Shown here in pieces: positions 6,879-15,142 of a stretch of DNA of 64,000 nt. Below the pieces are notes generated by a model, which had not been told where the DNA came from, ran no database searches, and was given only the letters and a program-made list of their open reading frames with translations. Location of the stretch: positions 14,679-78,678 of IMG/VR virus record IMGVR_UViG_3300020059_000001; one strand, 5' to 3'. The stretch is from a virus. Lineage: Duplodnaviria > Heunggongvirae > Uroviricota > Caudoviricetes. Position 1 is the stretch's first letter. Every line of letters begins with the position of its first letter. A program made the position numbers and the translations under genes.

Positions 6879-6951
6879 GCCCGTGTAGCTGAATTGGTCC
6901 AGCTCCTTTCCTACAAAAAGGTGTATACAGGTTCGAGTCCTGTCGCGGGTA
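6879..6951 (+). tRNA. tRNA-Val (anticodon TAC), C33
   Basis: acceptor GCCCGTG/CGCGGGT, D-stem GCTG/CAGC, anticodon stem CCTTT/AAAGG loop CCTACAA, T-arm ACAGG-TTCGAGT-CCTGT. Confidence 0.55.
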
Positions 6952-6963
6952 CGTTAGTTCATG

Positions 6964-7037
6964 GTGGCTGTAGCTCAGTTGGTTAGAGCGCCGGGTTGTG
7001 GCCCCGGAGATCGGCGGTTCGAGTCCGCTCAGTCACA
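6964..7037 (+). tRNA. tRNA-His (anticodon GTG) with extra 5' G(-1) at 6963
   Basis: acceptor GTGGCTG/CAGTCAC, anticodon stem CCGGG/CCCGG loop TTGTGGC, T-arm GGCGG-TTCGAGT-CCGCT. Confidence 0.7.
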
Positions 7038-7041
7038 CCAT

Positions 7042-7124
7042 GCCTGTCGTGAGCGGTGGGGTCGCTCAGCGGATTGTAACTCCGCCGCCTTCGGGCATTC
7101 TCGGTTCGAGTCCGGGGACAGGTA
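7042..7124 (+). tRNA. tRNA-Tyr (anticodon GTA), long variable arm
   Basis: acceptor GCCTGTC/GACAGGT, D-stem GAGC/GCTC, anticodon stem GCGGA/TCCGC loop TTGTAAC, variable arm CGCCTTCGGGCAT, T-loop TTCGAGT. Confidence 0.7.
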
Positions 7125-7220
7125 CGGCGCGGCTCTGACGGGGTCGTAGGACGGTGGGTTGGCTAGCACCTGCTCCGTATGTTCTGAAGAGGCGGTGTGC
7201 ACCTGCCTCCCGTCGCCTAT

Positions 7221-7293
7221 GCCCTCGTAGCTCAGTGGATAGAGCACCAGAATCCGGATCTGGGTGTCGGAGGTTCGATTCCTCTCGTGGGCG
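7221..7293 (+). tRNA. tRNA-Arg (anticodon CCG); one acceptor mismatch
   Basis: acceptor GCCCTCG/CGTGGGC, anticodon stem CCAGA/TCTGG loop ATCCGGA, T-arm GGAGG-TTCGATT-CCTCT. Confidence 0.6.
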
Positions 7294-7382
7294 CATGGAT
7301 GCTATCTGGAAGGAGCTGGCCATGTGTTAGGTGGTGTAATTCCTGCACAGGGTGTGTGGGTAGCCCATTGGGGTTACCGGGA

Positions 7383-7805
7383 ATGTCTAGGACGGATAAG
7401 ACTGATCCGTGGTGGGTTGGTCGGTGGTGGAAGCCGGTGCATGGTTTGCATTGCCCGGAGTATATGCCGCGGCGTAGGTGGCAGCGGGTGGATCGGTATG
7501 TGGAGTGTGATCTGCCGGTGGAGCCGCCGCGGCGGCCTCGGATGGATCGGCGGTGGCCGCGCCCTGGCGCAAAGGCTGGGTGTGTGTGGTGGCCAGTGAG
7601 CCCGTCGTACTACACGGTCAGGGGTCGGAAGTTGTTTGGCCGGGGCCGGCATGTCAGGTTTGCGGCGAACTTGCAGGAGCGTGGCGCACGGGCGGCGTGG
7701 CGGGCTGCGGCGGTGACTTTACGTGCTGTGCGGGGGGATGATGTCGACGATGTGGTTGTGCCTGATCCGCGGCATCGACGTTGTGCCCTGTGGGAGTGGG
7801 ACTGA
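7383..7805 (+). CDS. hypothetical Trp/Arg-rich protein (140 aa)
   Basis: internal ATG of ORF 7197..7805 lying after the last tRNA; high GC3; MSRTDKTDPWWVGRWWKP... Confidence 0.4.
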   Translation: MSRTDKTDPWWVGRWWKPVHGLHCPEYMPRRRWQRVDRYVECDLPVEPPRRPRMDRRWPRPGAKAGCVWWPVSPSYYTVRGRKLFGRGRHVRFAANLQERGARAAWRAAAVTLRAVRGDDVDDVVVPDPRHRRCALWEWD

Positions 7806-7815
7806 ATAGGTGGTT

Positions 7816-7888
7816 GGCCGTATGCCTGAGTGGTTGAGGGACGCGTTTGCAAAACGTGGTTACGCCGGTTCGAGTCCGGCTGCGGCCT
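7816..7888 (+). tRNA. tRNA-Cys (anticodon GCA), second copy, solitary
   Basis: acceptor GGCCGTA/TGCGGCC, anticodon stem CGCGT/ACGTG loop TTGCAAA, T-arm GCCGG-TTCGAGT-CCGGC. Confidence 0.6.
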
Positions 7889-7935
7889 CTCGACCAGCCC
7901 GGTACCCGTCGGCGTAGCCAGGATCGTGGGATTGC

Positions 7936-8277
7936 TCAGGCATCCAAAACATTGTCGGCCCTTAACGCTGACCTGATCTGCCGGGCAGCCTGCTCCTCAC
8001 GGGTTTCCCAGTGCCAGTCGGGTAGTAGCCGCCAGCCGGTAGGACAGAGCCCGGCCCTGTCAACACGTCTGACGAAGCACGGAATGCATACGATCCCGCC
8101 CGGGTCGTTGGAACCGACCTCGGGGAACGCCATGACCTCGTTCCATAACACGTTGTCGGTGAACCAGATGATGTTTTTGGTGGTGTCGCAGTCCCGGCAC
8201 GGTCCGTCGCCTCGTAGGTGTTCGGGAACCTTACCCACGGTGGTTGCCGGGCCTCTGTCGCCAGGTGTCTGAATCAC
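7936..8277 (-). CDS. hypothetical protein (Cys-rich)
   Basis: ORF 7936..8277 minus, part of co-oriented minus-strand gene chain. Confidence 0.35.
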   Translation of the reverse strand: MIQTPGDRGPATTVGKVPEHLRGDGPCRDCDTTKNIIWFTDNVLWNEVMAFPEVGSNDPGGIVCIPCFVRRVDRAGLCPTGWRLLPDWHWETREEQAARQIRSALRADNVLDA

Positions 8278-8500
8278 GGCAGCTGGCGAAGTGTGATTTG
8301 CGTAGTGACGTCAGCCCGAACCGTTGGGTGGTCGTCAGTACCCGGGCTAGTGGAGTTGTGCCTTCGCCGCGGTGCTCCAGTCGGATATTACCGTCGGGCA
8401 CTGGTTCCGCGTCTACCGGCATTGGCCGGGCCCTGGTCGTCACTGCCCAGATCACCTTCGCCTGACATGACCGGCACTCATCGACGACGAACTCGGTCAC
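8231..8500 (-). CDS. hypothetical small zinc-ribbon-like protein
   Basis: ORF 8231..8500; CRSC...C motif; stop/start overlap with neighbours. Confidence 0.35.
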   Translation of the reverse strand: MTEFVVDECRSCQAKVIWAVTTRARPMPVDAEPVPDGNIRLEHRGEGTTPLARVLTTTQRFGLTSLRKSHFASCRDSDTWRQRPGNHRG

Positions 8501-8856
8501 ACTGTCACCGCCTCACGTTGCGGCACCGACCACAGCACCCGCAGGCCCACCGCTGACGCCACGGTCAGTTCCAACCGTGCCCCGTGCGACGATTCCCAAC
8601 CGGGCAACATGAGGATCGCGTCGCAGTCCAGTAGTGCAGCCAGGTCGTTGCGCAGGTAGCACCCCCATGCGTGACCAGATCCGGTACCGCCGTCACCGGT
8701 CGCGTTGGGACAGGCGCAGCCGGGGTACGGCGGCACGTCGTCCGGGTCGACGGGCGTGTGACCCTCAGCGGCGAGGCTGACGGCGGCGGCGGCGAACGCC
8801 GCGCGGGCCACCTCCAGCGGCAGGCCGGTGATCGCACCCGAAATATAGACCTTCAC
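8497..8856 (-). CDS. DUF4406 (nucleoside 2-deoxyribosyltransferase-like) protein
   Basis: VKVYISGAITGLPLEVARAAF...G..PVDP..V motif; GTG start at 8856 with AAGGAGG RBS 10 nt upstream. Confidence 0.6.
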   Translation of the reverse strand: MKVYISGAITGLPLEVARAAFAAAAVSLAAEGHTPVDPDDVPPYPGCACPNATGDGGTGSGHAWGCYLRNDLAALLDCDAILMLPGWESSHGARLELTVASAVGLRVLWSVPQREAVTV

Positions 8857-9176
8857 TCGGTGGTCGCCTCCTTTTCCCGCTGGCCACGGTTTTCGCGTCC
8901 TTCCGTGGTTTGTATCCATGACGTGTCAGCTGGGGGCTTGGCCGGCGTTTCGGCGACTAGGTCGGCCCGGGTGCGGTGCAGGTACATGCAGTTGGTCACC
9001 AGGAGGCTTTCCGTAACATGGTTGGTCGCGTCTTTGATTTCGACTGAGCCGGTGCAGGTGCCGTCACCGTTCGGAAGTATCTGAAGCAGCGCGGTAACAC
9101 CGGTGAGTTCCATGAACTTTACGGTGCCGGCAACTGTGTAGCAGGCGGTGACTGTCCATTCGTCGGGTTTCGTCAT
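8853..9176 (-). CDS. hypothetical protein
   Basis: ATG 9174-9176 overlaps upstream stop (ATGA); MTKPDEWTVTACYTVAGTVKF... Confidence 0.45.
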   Translation of the reverse strand: MTKPDEWTVTACYTVAGTVKFMELTGVTALLQILPNGDGTCTGSVEIKDATNHVTESLLVTNCMYLHRTRADLVAETPAKPPADTSWIQTTEGRENRGQREKEATTE

Positions 9177-10015
9177 GCCGCTTCCTTGATGATGGTGTGC
9201 CATTCGCACCAGCCGCAGCGGGGCATGGCGGTGCCTTTGAGTCGGTACATTTGGTGCCGGTTGCAGGTTTCGCAGGCTGTGCCGCGGAGGTAGACGAGGC
9301 TGGTGGCGGACAGCCGTACCCAGCGGTCGAACTCGTCGAGGGTGAGGAGTACGGGGCAGTTGCCGCACTCGACGAACTTGCCTCCGGCGTGGTGGTAAAG
9401 CTCCTGATGGTCACAGCTTAAGCAGGAGACGCCTTCTTTCAGGTCGACGTCGGGGCCGGCTAGGCCGAGGTGGGCGCGGAGCGCGTTGTGGAGATGCCGG
9501 ATGTCGTCGGCGAGGTCGGTGATCGGTTCGAAGGTGTCGCAGGCGTCGTCGATGCGGACTGTCAGCCAGTTGGCGAGCTGGTCGACGGTGAGGGTGGGGA
9601 GACGTTCGCCTTTGCTGCGGTGGCGGCGGAGGTCACGAACCCAGGTGTCAAGAATTGTCAACACCGCGTGCTCGCCGACCTGGTCGCCGTACTCGTCGTG
9701 CACGCAGCCGTAGCGGGGGTTCGAGGTCAGGTCGATGACGTTCACTGACGTTGGGGCTGGTCGTTCCCGGGAACCTGAAACCCGTGGTGCGCCTGTCTTT
9801 GACGCAACCGAGGCGGCCGGTAGCAGCTCGGCGACCGGGTCTGTTCCGGCCCGGTGTGGTGCGGCGTCGGGTACCGGTTCGCGGATCAGTAGCTCGGCGA
9901 CGTAGCTGGGTAGTTCGGACAGCATGCCGGCCAGCCAGCTTCGGCAGCCGTCACAGACGAGGCCGCGGCGTGGGATCCGGTTACGGCCCGGTGGACACGT
10001 CACGCAGTAGGTCAT
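9173..10015 (-). CDS. hypothetical zinc-finger protein (N- and C-terminal CxxC pairs)
   Basis: ATG 10013-10015 preceded by AAGGAGG; CVTCPPGRN...CDGC and CLSCDHQ...ECGNC. Confidence 0.5.
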   Translation of the reverse strand: MTYCVTCPPGRNRIPRRGLVCDGCRSWLAGMLSELPSYVAELLIREPVPDAAPHRAGTDPVAELLPAASVASKTGAPRVSGSRERPAPTSVNVIDLTSNPRYGCVHDEYGDQVGEHAVLTILDTWVRDLRRHRSKGERLPTLTVDQLANWLTVRIDDACDTFEPITDLADDIRHLHNALRAHLGLAGPDVDLKEGVSCLSCDHQELYHHAGGKFVECGNCPVLLTLDEFDRWVRLSATSLVYLRGTACETCNRHQMYRLKGTAMPRCGWCEWHTIIKEAA

Positions 10016-10251
10016 GTCCCTATCGTCGCCTCCTTGTGGACGGGCCAAACCACGCACCGGGTGTAGGCGTTGCTGTCCAGGATCTGGTGGTAGAACTCGC
10101 CGTCGAACAGTAGTACCTCGGCCGGTGGGTCCATTGCCGGGATCTCCACCGTAGCGACCCGATGCCCAGGCCGACCATATAGATGGACATGCTCGAATGT
10201 TAGGGCCACACCACGTTCCTGATTCCGGCTGCTTGGATCAATCGGGCGCAT
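10012..10251 (-). CDS. hypothetical protein
   Basis: ORF 10012..10356 minus; ATG 10251 with AAGGAA upstream; overlaps dCMP deaminase 3' end in another frame. Confidence 0.3.
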   Translation of the reverse strand: MRPIDPSSRNQERGVALTFEHVHLYGRPGHRVATVEIPAMDPPAEVLLFDGEFYHQILDSNAYTRCVVWPVHKEATIGT

Positions 10252-10592
10252 GTATCGCATGGTTCCTTGGTGACGTACATCGTGGTGTCCCATAGTCGGA
10301 TGCCGAGCTTTGCGGCGGAGGCGATAACAGCGGCTTCCGCGTGGATGGCAATACACTTCCCGGGGCCGGATTCGGTGGATGTTTTAGCTGGCACCGTATC
10401 GTAGTCGGCGAGGCCTCGTGGGCAGCCGCCGTCCAGGCAGCTCGGTCCGTCGGAAAGTATCCGATTGCATCCGGTCAACAGAATGTTGTCACGGTCGGCG
10501 ATGACTGCGCCGACTTTTGACCGTCGACATTTGGCGGTGGCAGCGACTGCGTGTGCACAGTCCCGAAAGAGCCAGTTGTTGTCGTCGTTCAT
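10200..10592 (-). CDS. dCMP/cytidine deaminase family zinc-dependent deaminase
   Basis: HAEAAVIA...PCDTCARLI (H-A-E...PC..C zinc-binding signature). Confidence 0.75.
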   Translation of the reverse strand: MNDDNNWLFRDCAHAVAATAKCRRSKVGAVIADRDNILLTGCNRILSDGPSCLDGGCPRGLADYDTVPAKTSTESGPGKCIAIHAEAAVIASAAKLGIRLWDTTMYVTKEPCDTCARLIQAAGIRNVVWP

Positions 10593-10798
10593 CGCTCCCC
10601 GATCCCCGCGACAGAATACATGGCCCGGATGCTGGCTCCAGAACTGAACAATCTGGTAAAGAACTCGCCGAACCCCTCAGCTGCGCCGAGCAGGACAGTC
10701 CCAATACCTTTCGTCACGTTCGCGGCGACGGTCGGGCTAGTTACCACGAAGAAGATCACGAACACGATGAATGCCCACATGGCAATCTTCTTCATCAT
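10589..10798 (-). CDS. small membrane protein (N-terminal TM helix)
   Basis: GGAGGAG RBS then tandem ATGs; MMKKIAMWAFIVFVIFFVVTSP...; stop overlaps deaminase start. Confidence 0.5.
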   Translation of the reverse strand: MMKKIAMWAFIVFVIFFVVTSPTVAANVTKGIGTVLLGAAEGFGEFFTRLFSSGASIRAMYSVAGIGER

Positions 10799-11358
10799 TT
10801 CTCCTCCACCCCCCACGCCGTCGCCGCTCGGCGCCGAGCCTTATACCGCCCCTCAGCCGACCTCTGGCATGTCCGGCACCGACGACAATTCCGTCGGTGG
10901 TCGTACAGAACATTGTCTCCAACAAGCTCGTGCCCATATTTACAATGAGTCCGAAGTACCCCATGGAGACCACGACGTACGTTCTCTTGAAGCTCAACAG
11001 GCTCTAGATCGTCTGGGTTGACACACAGCAATACTCGACACAAGTGGTCAAGCACAAGCCCCTCCGGGATGGGGCCACGGATAAGCTCCCAACACACCCG
11101 ATGGGCAAGCCTAGTACCACTCGCAGTCAACCTCTTTCGAGTAACGATCTGGCCATACCCGTTGGGTAAAACAGGACCGGTCCATAGCCAGTGACCACCC
11201 ACGGCACATTTGTCAACTCTCGACCAGAATGAGTCAAGAGTTGACGTGCGAGTCACGGTTACCGGATTACCGGTCCGCCGGTATCGTGCATAGTGCATGC
11301 CACAGTATCCGCTGGCATGACATGGCCGATCGCAATCTATGAGTGCGCAAACAATCAA
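10795..11358 (-). CDS. HNH homing endonuclease (HNH_3-like)
   Basis: GYGQI..AHRVCWELIRGPIPEGLVLDHLCR...CVNPDDLE; similar to the ORF at 56093..56635. Confidence 0.7.
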   Translation of the reverse strand: MIVCALIDCDRPCHASGYCGMHYARYRRTGNPVTVTRTSTLDSFWSRVDKCAVGGHWLWTGPVLPNGYGQIVTRKRLTASGTRLAHRVCWELIRGPIPEGLVLDHLCRVLLCVNPDDLEPVELQENVRRGLHGVLRTHCKYGHELVGDNVLYDHRRNCRRCRTCQRSAEGRYKARRRAATAWGVEEK

Positions 11359-11711
11359 CGCTCCACCACCCCCACGGCTCCATACATACCCATCACCGAC
11401 TTGTTGATCGATTGCATGGCGCGTAGTTCCGCTTCGAGGGCTTTGGCTTGCCGGTCAGCGTACCGGTAGGCGGCGTCAGCGACGTCGCGTGCCTGCCGTA
11501 GCCGGGCGGTGGCAAGTTCGGCGTGGTATTTGCGTTCATGCTGCGGACCGGTGGCGCCGAGGTAGGCGCTGGCGTAGGCCAAGTCGTATTGGTGGTCGGC
11601 GGTCAGGAATCCGCGGTAGCGTTCGTCGCAGACCGAAACACCTTTCGCTATCCGGTCCGAGATGGTGCGGATATTGTTTTCGACGTCGACTGGGTTGAGC
11701 GAGACGGTCAC
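11355..11711 (-). CDS. hypothetical coiled-coil protein
   Basis: GTG 11709-11711 with AAGGAA 7 nt upstream; GTGA overlap with downstream gene. Confidence 0.4.
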   Translation of the reverse strand: MTVSLNPVDVENNIRTISDRIAKGVSVCDERYRGFLTADHQYDLAYASAYLGATGPQHERKYHAELATARLRQARDVADAAYRYADRQAKALEAELRAMQSINKSVMGMYGAVGVVER

Positions 11712-11896
11712 ATCGGTTCCTTGAGCTGTGTCACATATTCGTGGCAGCAGCGGCAAGGAGCGGGGCCCATGTCGGGCCATTGCAGGCTGGGGGTGGTGCA
11801 GTCTTCGCCGCAGCCTTCGCATATCCACCGGCCAGGGTGGAAAGGCGGACCGTCGTAGACGTGTGGGGCGGCCTCAACTCTCTGCCTAATTATCAT
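11708..11896 (-). CDS. small zinc-ribbon protein
   Basis: ATGA start/stop overlap at 11893-11896; CEGCGEDC...CRCCHEY. Confidence 0.45.
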   Translation of the reverse strand: MIIRQRVEAAPHVYDGPPFHPGRWICEGCGEDCTTPSLQWPDMGPAPCRCCHEYVTQLKEPM

Positions 11897-12576
11897 AGCT
11901 GCACCTGTTGTTTGAGCCACTGTTCGTAGCGTTCACCGGGGGATAGGGCGTCTGTGGCGGGTTGGCGGCGTGGGAAGCCGCCGAGGATGCGCCGGTAGAC
12001 GGGTTGGGATGGGGCGGAGTGGCGGTAGCCGTGGCGGCGGAGCCGGAACACGATGGCGCCTTTGGTTACCCCCACGGCGTCGGCGAGCCGGCGGGCTGGG
12101 ACACCTCGGTCGTATAGGTCGGCCAGTACTGCTGTGTAGGCTTCGCTGACGCCGCGGGCCGGGTCGTCGAGTGGGGTGATGCCGTTGACGGTGCGGGCTG
12201 TGTCGGACATGTGGCGTAGCCAGGCGGCCATGCCGTCGGTGATGTCTGGTTGCACCGGTCCTGGTGGTGGCTCGGCGAAACGGGGCGGGTCTGGGATGTC
12301 CGGCAGGTCGTCAACGGGGAGAGGGTTGGTCCCGGTGGCGGTGACTCGTTGCCGGACCCGTTCCCGGGTTACGCCGAGCGGCTCAGCGAGCGATGTTGAC
12401 GTCCAGCCCTTCCTGTTCGCCTCGGCGAGGGTCGCGTTCAGCAAGGCGTAGTTGGGGTCTTTCCGGAGCCGGCCGGTAACGTACAGGCCGACCAGCAGGT
12501 CGGCGAAATCCGTTGGTATCCGCTGGTTGACAATTCTAATTTGGCCAGGTACCGGCTTCCATGGCATTACCGGCAC
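11893..12576 (-). CDS. DNA-binding protein with two sigma-70 region-4-like HTH motifs
   Basis: GGGAGG RBS 9 nt upstream; TSLAEPLGVTRERVRQRV and RLADAVGVTKGAIVFRLRRHGY. Confidence 0.55.
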   Translation of the reverse strand: MPVMPWKPVPGQIRIVNQRIPTDFADLLVGLYVTGRLRKDPNYALLNATLAEANRKGWTSTSLAEPLGVTRERVRQRVTATGTNPLPVDDLPDIPDPPRFAEPPPGPVQPDITDGMAAWLRHMSDTARTVNGITPLDDPARGVSEAYTAVLADLYDRGVPARRLADAVGVTKGAIVFRLRRHGYRHSAPSQPVYRRILGGFPRRQPATDALSPGERYEQWLKQQVQL

Positions 12577-12808
12577 CTCCCGTTCCGCATCTACGGATGC
12601 CTCATTCCGACGGGCAGCGGAGCAATTACCGACGCTTTCTTTCGCATCAGGTTCGGGCCATGACAGGTATTACCCCTCATTGGGGATTTCCCTTACGGGT
12701 AGAAGCGGTGGTGGACGCGGATGACAATGCCGAGACGGGTCGTATCGACACTGCCCGGTCCGTTTCCGTTAGTGCTGGGACCATTGGCGTTGGCACCTTT
12801 AGACCGCC

Positions 12809-13369
12809 TCACAACATGATCCTTTCTATCGGTTTGCCGAGTTGTTCTATTCTTTCAGCGGTCCACCCGCTGCCATAGGATTTTGATGTCGAGCTGCGGA
12901 TACATAAGCCGCGGGTGGCGTCTTGGGCTATCTTCTCGTCGCGTTCCCGGTAGCCGCCGGGGCCGTGGAAACGGTGGCTGATGACGACGAGGTCGAGGGC
13001 TTCGGCGATGTCTTCGCCGAGGCGGTCGATGCCGACAGCGTGGCCGGAGACGACGGCGTCGAGGCGGGGTCCGTCATGACCGTAGCCAAGCCGGGCTTCG
13101 ATGATTTCCTGGGCTTTGATGAGACCGTATGGGACACCGTCCCAGTGGCGGCTACCGACGACGGCGAGGATGTCGTAGACGACCCGGCCGCGGATCGGGC
13201 CCTGCCCGGTAGTGCAAGAGAACCCGTTCGTGACAGGGCTAATCACACCGTGGAGGCCAAACCCGCATTGCCGTTCCGCTGCTACCCAGCCAAGCTCGTC
13301 GACTTCCCGCCACGGCCGGCTGCCGTAACGCAGGAAGTAGCGCGGTGGCGTAGTGACCGCAGCAGTCAT
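12809..13369 (-). CDS. DprA/SLOG-like Rossmann-fold protein (putative DNA-processing/recombination mediator)
   Basis: VVSGHAVGIDRLGEDIAEALDLVV resembles DprA GxxxGxD/GID motif; ATGA overlap with upstream gene at 13366-13369. Confidence 0.45.
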   Translation of the reverse strand: MTAAVTTPPRYFLRYGSRPWREVDELGWVAAERQCGFGLHGVISPVTNGFSCTTGQGPIRGRVVYDILAVVGSRHWDGVPYGLIKAQEIIEARLGYGHDGPRLDAVVSGHAVGIDRLGEDIAEALDLVVISHRFHGPGGYRERDEKIAQDATRGLCIRSSTSKSYGSGWTAERIEQLGKPIERIML

Positions 13370-13671
13370 TGGGGTTTACCGCTCATTTGGTAGCGGACGG
13401 TGGGGGTGGAGTCGGGGTCAGCAACGGTGACGTCGACCTGGCCGACGGGGCCGCCGGTGAGGTTCGGGTCACCGGCTCGGGTGGCCATGCACCAGCCCGG
13501 TTCGTCGCCGACGAGTTCGTCGAGGATGTGCCACAGTTCGGCGCGGGCCAGGCGGGCCATGTAGAGGATGTCGGTAACCGGTTCGACGGGGGTCAGTACC
13601 CAGTGTTTGCGGGTGCCGGGTAGGGGCGGGTTGGCTGGTGCTGCTTCCCAGTAGGTGTAGGTGGTGTTCAC
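13366..13671 (-). CDS. hypothetical protein
   Basis: GTG 13669-13671 with AAGGATGA RBS; GTGA overlap with upstream gene. Confidence 0.45.
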   Translation of the reverse strand: MNTTYTYWEAAPANPPLPGTRKHWVLTPVEPVTDILYMARLARAELWHILDELVGDEPGWCMATRAGDPNLTGGPVGQVDVTVADPDSTPTVRYQMSGKPQ

Positions 13672-13895
13672 CAGACGTCATCCTTGTTGGTGCCGAAGTC
13701 CGGGTCGTAGAAGTAGCGGTAGGCCAGGTCGGCCTTGGTTCGGGTGAACCCTCGGGTGGGGCACGGTGCTGGTGGTCCTACCGGTCGGCGGCACCAGTGG
13801 CAGCGACCGCGGACGTCGATCTGGTGCCAGCCGATCGCCTGGGGGCATTGGTCTAGATCCGCCAACATGCTCACATGTGCGATCCTAGCCAACAC
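13668..13895 (-). CDS. hypothetical small Cys-rich protein
   Basis: ORF 13668..13895; CPQ...CHWCRRP; start uncertain. Confidence 0.3.
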   Translation of the reverse strand: MLARIAHVSMLADLDQCPQAIGWHQIDVRGRCHWCRRPVGPPAPCPTRGFTRTKADLAYRYFYDPDFGTNKDDVW

Positions 13896-13921
13896 ATGGG
13901 ATTATCAGCAACCTGTGGATC

Positions 13922-14125
13922 TCACAGACTTTGCCATGGCCCGTACCAACGGCCAGCCTGCCGCTGGACCCGCTCATACTCGGCCAGGTCAACATCAGCC
14001 AGCAGCGCCGTCTGCATCAACCCCGTACGCGTGAACATCCACCGGTGCTCCAGCCAGGCACGGGTCTCCACCCCGGCCGGAACAGCCGCCTCCGTAGCAC
14101 ACAGCGGGCAGGGCCGGGCCTTCAA
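13922..14125 (-). CDS. hypothetical protein
   Basis: ORF 13922..14125; CPLCA motif; ATGA overlap with upstream gene. Confidence 0.35.
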   Translation of the reverse strand: MKARPCPLCATEAAVPAGVETRAWLEHRWMFTRTGLMQTALLADVDLAEYERVQRQAGRWYGPWQSL

Positions 14126-14460
14126 GACTCCGTCACCTCCGACAACCGGACCACCGCCTGCGTCAACGCCCGCAGCTCGACCGCCAACGACCTCGACTCG
14201 GCGATCGACGACTCCAACAACCGGATCGCCACCGCCAGGCCATAGGTGTTGGCCCGGCTCTCCGCGAACCGCAGGTTCGAGGCAGCCATCCTGTAGTCCA
14301 GGTCGTCGAGCATCTTCAACTCCGCCAGAAACCCCGGACCGAACTCGTCATAATAGGCTTCCGAAATTTCATAAATGTTCCGTTCGTAGCGGTTCGATCG
14401 CCGGAACCAGTACGACCAGCCATGCATCGGCGTCGGCCAACTCATTGGATCATGGACCAT
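14122..14460 (-). CDS. hypothetical protein
   Basis: ORF 14122..14460 minus in gene chain; start uncertain. Confidence 0.35.
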   Translation of the reverse strand: MVHDPMSWPTPMHGWSYWFRRSNRYERNIYEISEAYYDEFGPGFLAELKMLDDLDYRMAASNLRFAESRANTYGLAVAIRLLESSIAESRSLAVELRALTQAVVRLSEVTES

Positions 14461-14620
14461 GAGTCACCCGCAGGTGCAGTGCCAGGTACCACATGGCATC
14501 AGACCATCCGTTCATGTACTCCTCGGCGCGACGGCAACGCCCGCAATACACCCACCACCGCCAGCCAGTAGCCGCCGGTTCCGTGTAGATACGATGCTTC
14601 ACCCGCTACCCCAGTCAGAA

Positions 14621-14672
14621 GGGACGGGCCGAAGGTAACCACCATTGTTCGGCCCGTCCCGCTTTCTGTCCG
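14621..14672. terminator. rho-independent terminator-like hairpin (13-bp stem GGGACGGGCCGAA/TTCGGCCCGTCCC) followed by T-rich tract
   Basis: inverted repeat then GCTTTCTGTCCGTTCC; lies downstream of minus-strand DUF397 pair. Confidence 0.5.
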
Positions 14673-14682
14673 TTCCTATCTA

Positions 14683-14892
14683 TCAGAGATCGAACTCGCC
14701 GGCCTTCGCTCCGGCAGTAAATGCCTCCCACTCGGACTCGGTAAAGTTGAGCACCGGCCCGGTGGTGTTCTTACTGTCCCGTACCTGAATTCCACCGGCA
14801 GTAACGGCAACCTCGACGCAGTTACCCTGCCCACCGGAACGACTCGACTTCCGGAAGACTACTGGCTTGTTGCCACTTCCACTCTTATTCAT
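14683..14892 (-). CDS. DUF397 domain protein
   Basis: AGGATGA RBS; FRKSSRSG..GNCVEVA.....VRDSKN..GPVL.F...EW.AF. Confidence 0.7.
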   Translation of the reverse strand: MNKSGSGNKPVVFRKSSRSGGQGNCVEVAVTAGGIQVRDSKNTTGPVLNFTESEWEAFTAGAKAGEFDL

Positions 14893-14896
14893 TACT

Positions 14897-15136
14897 TCAT
14901 CCTAACAGGCTGAACTCGTCGTCTTTAATTCCGGCAATGAATGCGGTCCACTCCTGGCGGGGGAAAACGAGCACCGGACCGGCGGTGTTCTTCGAATCTC
15001 GCATCCGTACTTCGTCGCAAGTGCAGCTGGCCACCTCGACGCAGTCACCGCCCGAGCATTTGCTGCTACGAGTGGGCTTGTGGTAGGCAACCTCAACGCA
15101 AGTGCCCTGACGACAGAAGCTACTCTTTTGATACAT
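14897..15136 (-). CDS. DUF397 domain protein with duplicated CVEVA core
   Basis: AAGGAAG RBS; SSFCRQGTCVEVA...GGDCVEVAS...MRDSKNTAGPVLVF...EW.AF. Confidence 0.7.
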   Translation of the reverse strand: MYQKSSFCRQGTCVEVAYHKPTRSSKCSGGDCVEVASCTCDEVRMRDSKNTAGPVLVFPRQEWTAFIAGIKDDEFSLLG

Positions 15137-15142
15137 TGCGGT

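Noticed and set aside
4313-7805. Long ORFs spanning tRNA genes (4313..5026, 6438..6986, 7197..7383)
   Set aside because: They run through multiple tRNA genes. Only the 7383..7805 part, beyond the last tRNA, was retained.
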